Below are positions 59,564-64,000 of a stretch of 64,000 nucleotides of DNA, piece after piece. Both the position numbers and the translations under genes were made by a program. Where the stretch lies: IMG/VR virus record IMGVR_UViG_3300028048_001320; one strand, written 5' to 3'. Under the pieces are notes generated by a model, which worked only from the letters and a program-made list of their open reading frames with translations, had not been told where the DNA came from and did no database searches. Numbering within the stretch: position 1 is the stretch's first letter; each line of letters starts with the position of its first letter. Source of the stretch: an uncultured virus (IMG/VR IMGVR_UViG_3300028048_001320). Lineage: Duplodnaviria > Heunggongvirae > Uroviricota > Caudoviricetes.

Positions 59564-60210
59564 TATATGAACTCCTCCAATATTTCATCGCAAACACCAT
59601 TCTCTATTGCTTCTTCTGCAAAGAACCAATAATCATCTCTTGAAATCTTCTCATACTTTTCTTCATCAATATCAGTAAGTTCAAGTAGATAATTTTTCAT
59701 TTTTTCAATTAATTTTTCATAAAAGCCAGCATAGTTTTTAAATTTACCCGCATCCATATTCCCAGGACTAGTTGAACCTTCGTGGAAAAGGAAGCTACTT
59801 GATTTATATGCAAATCTCTTATGACCTGCTATAAATGACAATAATCCTCCACTATATGCTGCACCAATATTGATTGTATAAACTGGAGTTTTAGACATTC
59901 TTATTGAGTCTGCTATAGTAAGTGCGCCAACTAGACTACCGCCGCAAGAGTCAATATAAATTTTAATAGGAATACGATATTCAACTGCAATTTGTTCCTT
60001 ATTATCAACATCATTCCAAAAACGAATTAAATGGCAAATCGCATCGGCTACTACGTCATCTATATCATTTAATATCATTGTCCTATTAATGAAGTCCCAT
60101 CTTTCAGATACTTCTTCTATACTTTTTAACTCACCCGTATTATTAAAACATTCAGTTATTAAATCCATTGGAGTTATTTGAGTTATTTTTCTATTATCCA
60201 TAAAAGCCAT
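59563..60210 (-). CDS. clpP: ClpP-like serine protease
   Basis: IKIYIDSCGGSL, GAAYSGG (Ser), FLFHEG (His), RDDYWF.AEEAIENGVCDEI (Asp). Confidence 0.85.
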   Translation of the reverse strand: MAFMDNRKITQITPMDLITECFNNTGELKSIEEVSERWDFINRTMILNDIDDVVADAICHLIRFWNDVDNKEQIAVEYRIPIKIYIDSCGGSLVGALTIADSIRMSKTPVYTINIGAAYSGGLLSFIAGHKRFAYKSSSFLFHEGSTSPGNMDAGKFKNYAGFYEKLIEKMKNYLLELTDIDEEKYEKISRDDYWFFAEEAIENGVCDEILEEFI

Positions 60211-60211
60211 A

Positions 60212-61138
60212 TTATTTTACTCCTTTGTTACCATTATATCCAAAAGTATCTGCTTGATACAAATCTATAAAATATCTTTCCTTTTCATTAAGTTCTAAAG
60301 TATCACACTCTTCTATTAATTCAAAAGTAAAGTTGTCTAATCCATATTCTTGAATTGCTTTATATAATTTATTACCTGGTGGTGTATCAATACCAAGTCC
60401 ACATTTACAGTGTTCACACCAACGCTTATAAACATCTACCGCCTGCCCAATATAACATTCATCAGTAATTTGATTTGTTATTTTATAAATTCCTGTTTTT
60501 GTTTTAGCTTGTAAAATAAGCGGAAACTGCTTTTTTGCAAGTGGCTGCCAATACGTTTGCCATATAAGCATACAGATAATACGAGGTTTATTTAATTCTC
60601 GTTTTACAATTTCAAGTTTGCGGGAATCAGCTAAATCTGATTCCGAAGGTATAAGTCTATAATCATCTTTATTATCTTTTATTTCTTGCTCTTTTAGTAA
60701 AGCTTCATGGGCGGCCGCCCGTGTCGCTTTTAGCTTGTCTAAGTCACTTTGAGTCGCGAGTAATTCATCGTTTAAGGCGGATACCCGCACATCAAAATCA
60801 TTTTCTAATTCAGTATATTTATTTTCAAGTGCGTTCCAATAATTATCAAACGCATTATTACTAATTGCTTGATTTTGTTCTATTGTATTTTGTAAAATGA
60901 TTCTATTACTATTTATTTTATTTTCTAATTCATTATTAATATTTTGGTTTTCTTGAAATTGATTTCTTTGTAATTCTATATTATATGATAAATTATTATA
61001 CTCTTCTTGGATTTTAGCTCTTTCTATTTTTAATGTATTATTATATTCTTCAATACCTTTGTCTATGCTTTTCTTTTGTGATAATTTATAAATAAGAAAA
61101 CCGCATATTATAACGAGTATAATTAATGTAATTATCAT
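60212..61138 (-). CDS. membrane-anchored coiled-coil protein with C-terminal GIY-YIG nuclease
   Basis: N-terminal TM 'MIITLIILVIICGFLIYKL', long coiled coil, TGIYKITN...CYIGQA..KRW.EH ... FTFELIEE...LNEKE..FI. Confidence 0.8.
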   Translation of the reverse strand: MIITLIILVIICGFLIYKLSQKKSIDKGIEEYNNTLKIERAKIQEEYNNLSYNIELQRNQFQENQNINNELENKINSNRIILQNTIEQNQAISNNAFDNYWNALENKYTELENDFDVRVSALNDELLATQSDLDKLKATRAAAHEALLKEQEIKDNKDDYRLIPSESDLADSRKLEIVKRELNKPRIICMLIWQTYWQPLAKKQFPLILQAKTKTGIYKITNQITDECYIGQAVDVYKRWCEHCKCGLGIDTPPGNKLYKAIQEYGLDNFTFELIEECDTLELNEKERYFIDLYQADTFGYNGNKGVK

Positions 61139-61159
61139 AAAAGTTCTCCTATATAGAGA

Positions 61160-61187
61160 TAAAGGGTTGGTATAATACCAACCCTAT
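61160..61187 (-). terminator. stem-loop terminator
   Basis: AGGGTTGGTA / TACCAACCCT 10-bp stem. Confidence 0.65.
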
Positions 61188-61219
61188 TTATCAATATAAT
61201 TCGTATAATGACTACTGAA

Positions 61220-61558
61220 TTACTGATTCTTAGCCATTATCTTAGCCTGAGCGATTGCAAGCTCTTCAGCTTCAATTGACTCTACTGTTGACTCACGTCC
61301 CTTATCTGTAAGCTTGATGAACTTAGCTTCCTTTGTTAATTCAACTCCCTCATCATTAGTTACAGTAACATAACCAGGAACTCTCTCTACATAGTCCTTA
61401 TTTGCCTTATTCTTGCCTGTTCCAATAAGTGCTGATGTAATAATACCGTTAACTGACTTAACCTCAAGTCCAGTTGCTGCAGCGATGTCGGATGCTGTAA
61501 TATCCTCTGCTTCATGTGCCTTAATGTAATTAAATACTGTCTTTGTGTTTTCCTTCAT
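61220..61558 (-). CDS. winged-helix DNA-binding protein (probably abundant)
   Basis: VFNYIK...ITASDIAAATGLEVKSVNGII...IKLTDKG; MCP-like codon bias. Confidence 0.75.
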   Translation of the reverse strand: MKENTKTVFNYIKAHEAEDITASDIAAATGLEVKSVNGIITSALIGTGKNKANKDYVERVPGYVTVTNDEGVELTKEAKFIKLTDKGRESTVESIEAEELAIAQAKIMAKNQ

Positions 61559-61635
61559 TGTTTTTTTCTCCTTAGAAAATTATATTTTTATTTTAATAAG
61601 ATATTGCTTTATTACAACATCTTTATTATATTTAT

Positions 61636-61664
61636 ATTATACTAAAAATTTTTAAAAATTTCAA
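61636..61664 (-). promoter_or_regulatory. sigma-A promoter overlapping the upstream stop
   Basis: TTGAAA tttttaaaaatttttag TATAAT. Confidence 0.7.
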
Positions 61665-61873
61665 CTCTGTTTTACATATGTCTCGTTTATATAAGCATCT
61701 ATTAATAGTAGTTCTGACATAGTGCAAGTTGATGCAATTTTTTCTATCGCTTGCTGCGCGGTAGCTTTTACATCTTCATCTTTTGCAAGTGTAGCAAGTA
61801 TTTCAAGTTTCCAGATTTCATCTGCTTTTGTTCTAATATTTTTCTTTATTTTTCTACGTTGTTCTCTATTCAT
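61661..61873 (-). CDS. hypothetical protein
   Basis: ORF track; MNREQRR start overlapping the ligase end. Confidence 0.75.
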   Translation of the reverse strand: MNREQRRKIKKNIRTKADEIWKLEILATLAKDEDVKATAQQAIEKIASTCTMSELLLIDAYINETYVKQS

Positions 61874-63881
61874 TTAGCATCTCCACTAATTCTACTTCTG
61901 TTATTATAGGTATATTTAATTCTTTTGCTTTTTTGTTTTTTGCGGAAGTGCTATTTATATCATTATTAATTAAATAGTTAGTTTTAGAAGAAACACTACT
62001 TAATACTTTTCCGCCTGCTTTTTCAATTACTTCAATAAGCCTTTGTCTATTTTCAAAGATTTGAAGTTTTCCTGTTATTACAAAATTTATATTATTAAGT
62101 TTAACAGTTTTGTCCTTATGTTCTTCAGGCTTAAAAGTAATATATTCTACGATTTTATCTGCTTCTTCATAGTCAAAGTCATGTAATGCACGATTCATTT
62201 CATAACCAAATCCATCCCATTCTGTAAAATCGAAGTCTTCGTAGATTAAATCCCTAAAATCTCTCCATGTTTCTACTTTTTCACAAATCTGTTTAGCTAC
62301 TCTAGTTCCAATTAATGGAATACCAAGACCAGATATAAAAGCTGATAAAGGTGCTTCCGCAAGAGAATCATCTATACTTTTTAATATTTTACTTACAGAT
62401 ACAAAGCTAAATCCAGGTTTATTCATCCATTCTTCGCCATGTTTTTTAAGTTTAGGAATATCTGATATATCGTTTACCCATCCCCAATCTGTAAGTTTTT
62501 CAAGAGTTTTTTCTGAAAGTCCTTTAATATCAAGACCTTTTTTACCACAGAAATGGTCAAGTCTCTGAATTAATTTACCTGCACATTGAGGATTATCACA
62601 TCTTAATTCTTCAACACCTGTTTCAGATTTCCATATATCACAAATACTTCCGCAAGCTGGACATACAAAATATCCATCTATACCGTTACGGTCACAGGTT
62701 GCACCACCCGCCGCAACTATCTCTCCATAATCTCTTTTATCTGCCCATGTAATTTGTGGAATTATCATGTTCATTTTTGCAACCTTAATACGTTCACCGT
62801 AATATGGGTCACGTCCAAGAGTATCATACATAACACTCATATTATGAAGACTTGCTCTTGATACAGTAGTACCATCTATATCAATAGGTTCAAATACTGC
62901 AACTGGAGTTAATACACCGTTACGAGAAACATCATATGTTATAGTCTTTAATCTCGTTTCATACTCATCATCATAAAATTTATAGGCAAGCCCGCCCTTG
63001 AAGTGATGGTCTGTACGTCCCGCCGCATCATAGTCTTTAAGTTTATTATATTTAAATACAATTCCGTCTATTGGATACTGTAATCTTGCACATCTTTCTT
63101 TAATTATTTCAATACTAGATTCTATATCGTAAGTAAAATCACTGTTTGAATTATTTGCACATATAATAAAAGGTACTATTTTAAAATTTAATCTACTTAA
63201 AAACTGTAAATCATCTGAAAGCCAACCTATCTCTCTATGCATTTTTTCTTTTTTAGGATTCCTAACATCCCATGCTACAAATGTTAATTTTCTATTAAAA
63301 CACTCACCATTATCAAGAAGTCTAATACTACCTGCTGCATAATTACGAGGATTTTTATAACCAGCTTCCGCGCTAATTATTTCAAATGTTTTATAGTCAC
63401 AAATTATCTCTCCATCAACAACAAGATAATTTGGGTCATCAATTCTTTTAGGAATTGATGGAATAACAAGAGCATTATGAGTTATATCTTCACCAACTTC
63501 ACCATTACCTCTTGTTTCTGCGCGAACCAGCTTCCCGCCTTCATATGTTAAAGAACAAGTTAAACCATCCATCTTAGCCATAGCTATACAACAAAATTCT
63601 CCCATAAATGATTCAACTTCTTCTATATCTTTTGTTTTTGCAAGTGATAACATTGGATGATTATGCTTAACTTTTTTAAGTTCACTTACTTCTTCAAAAT
63701 GAATAACTTGAGTAGGCGAATCTGGTTGAATACGATTTGGATTATAAAATTCAAACCTCTGAATTTCAAAGTATAGGTTATCCCATTCTTTATCGGAAAC
63801 CACAGGATGACCTTCATCATATGCTTTTGTCCATTCATTAAGACGTTTTATATATTCAATATAATCTTCATAGGTTATCAT
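61866..63881 (-). CDS. ligA: NAD-dependent DNA ligase
   Basis: HPMLSLAK, KMDGL, TRGNG, DGE, NPRN.AAGS.R, IDGIVFK, LAYKF, RASLHN, Zn finger, BRCT 'FVITGKL...GGKV.SSVSSKTNYLI'. Confidence 0.97.
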   Translation of the reverse strand: MITYEDYIEYIKRLNEWTKAYDEGHPVVSDKEWDNLYFEIQRFEFYNPNRIQPDSPTQVIHFEEVSELKKVKHNHPMLSLAKTKDIEEVESFMGEFCCIAMAKMDGLTCSLTYEGGKLVRAETRGNGEVGEDITHNALVIPSIPKRIDDPNYLVVDGEIICDYKTFEIISAEAGYKNPRNYAAGSIRLLDNGECFNRKLTFVAWDVRNPKKEKMHREIGWLSDDLQFLSRLNFKIVPFIICANNSNSDFTYDIESSIEIIKERCARLQYPIDGIVFKYNKLKDYDAAGRTDHHFKGGLAYKFYDDEYETRLKTITYDVSRNGVLTPVAVFEPIDIDGTTVSRASLHNMSVMYDTLGRDPYYGERIKVAKMNMIIPQITWADKRDYGEIVAAGGATCDRNGIDGYFVCPACGSICDIWKSETGVEELRCDNPQCAGKLIQRLDHFCGKKGLDIKGLSEKTLEKLTDWGWVNDISDIPKLKKHGEEWMNKPGFSFVSVSKILKSIDDSLAEAPLSAFISGLGIPLIGTRVAKQICEKVETWRDFRDLIYEDFDFTEWDGFGYEMNRALHDFDYEEADKIVEYITFKPEEHKDKTVKLNNINFVITGKLQIFENRQRLIEVIEKAGGKVLSSVSSKTNYLINNDINSTSAKNKKAKELNIPIITEVELVEMLNE

Positions 63882-63892
63882 ATATTATCACC

Positions 63893-64000
63893 TCAATTAT
63901 TATTATTTTTTGTATAATGTATCTGTAATATAGTTTTTAAATCTTTATAACATTCAAAACAATAATCAAGTGTTTGAACACTATTATTAAAATCACTTTG
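63893..64000 (-). CDS. 3' end of a small CxxC protein (partial)
   Basis: ...QSDFNNSVQTLDYCFECYKDLKTILQIHYTKNNNN*; the stop overlaps the ligA SD. Confidence 0.5.
   Translation of the reverse strand, partial: QSDFNNSVQTLDYCFECYKDLKTILQIHYTKNNNN

Noticed and set aside
1..64000. Stop-codon reassignment, tRNA genes, integrase, inteins
   Set aside because: Long genes are intact in the standard code and all three stops are used. I recognised no tRNA, integrase or intein motifs by eye (tRNAscan and HMM searches not run).

Overview
A 64-kb segment of a large, very AT-rich tailed phage, most likely a long-tailed siphovirus-type Caudoviricetes infecting an anaerobic Firmicute (Clostridia-like). This is supported by strong AGGAGG SD sites, near-consensus sigma-A promoters and a class III RNR as the only RNR in the window. 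Layout: (1) 1-2.6 kb holds small leftward genes, some with their own promoters, a Lar-like gene, and a ~0.9-kb non-coding region with a 20-bp-period repeat array, hairpins and an AT-rich tract (origin or terminus candidate). (2) 2.7-38.8 kb (+) is the packaging and virion module: HTH/Zn-ribbon protein, TerS candidate, TerL, portal, protease/scaffold, capsid, neck, Ig-bearing tail tube, 2781-aa tape measure, tail-tip proteins and a holin-like gene. (3) 38.8-64 kb (-) is the replication and nucleotide module: RuvC-like, dUTPase, NrdG/NrdD/redoxin, Gmk, DnaE, RecD-like helicase, GIY-YIG homing endonuclease, RecJ, primase, DnaB, AAA recombinase, SSB, ThyX-like, ClpP-like, membrane-anchored GIY-YIG and LigA. 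The most notable items read from the sequence are a non-sigma70 motif (GGACWRA...AA...TTTTTA, identical spacing in five copies) that probably marks phage-specific late promoters, the repeat/origin region, a hairpin that could bridge a distant SD to its start codon, a hairpin sitting exactly where a promoter's -10 should be, and strong GATC depletion. All product calls come from motifs recognised by eye; no database searches were run.
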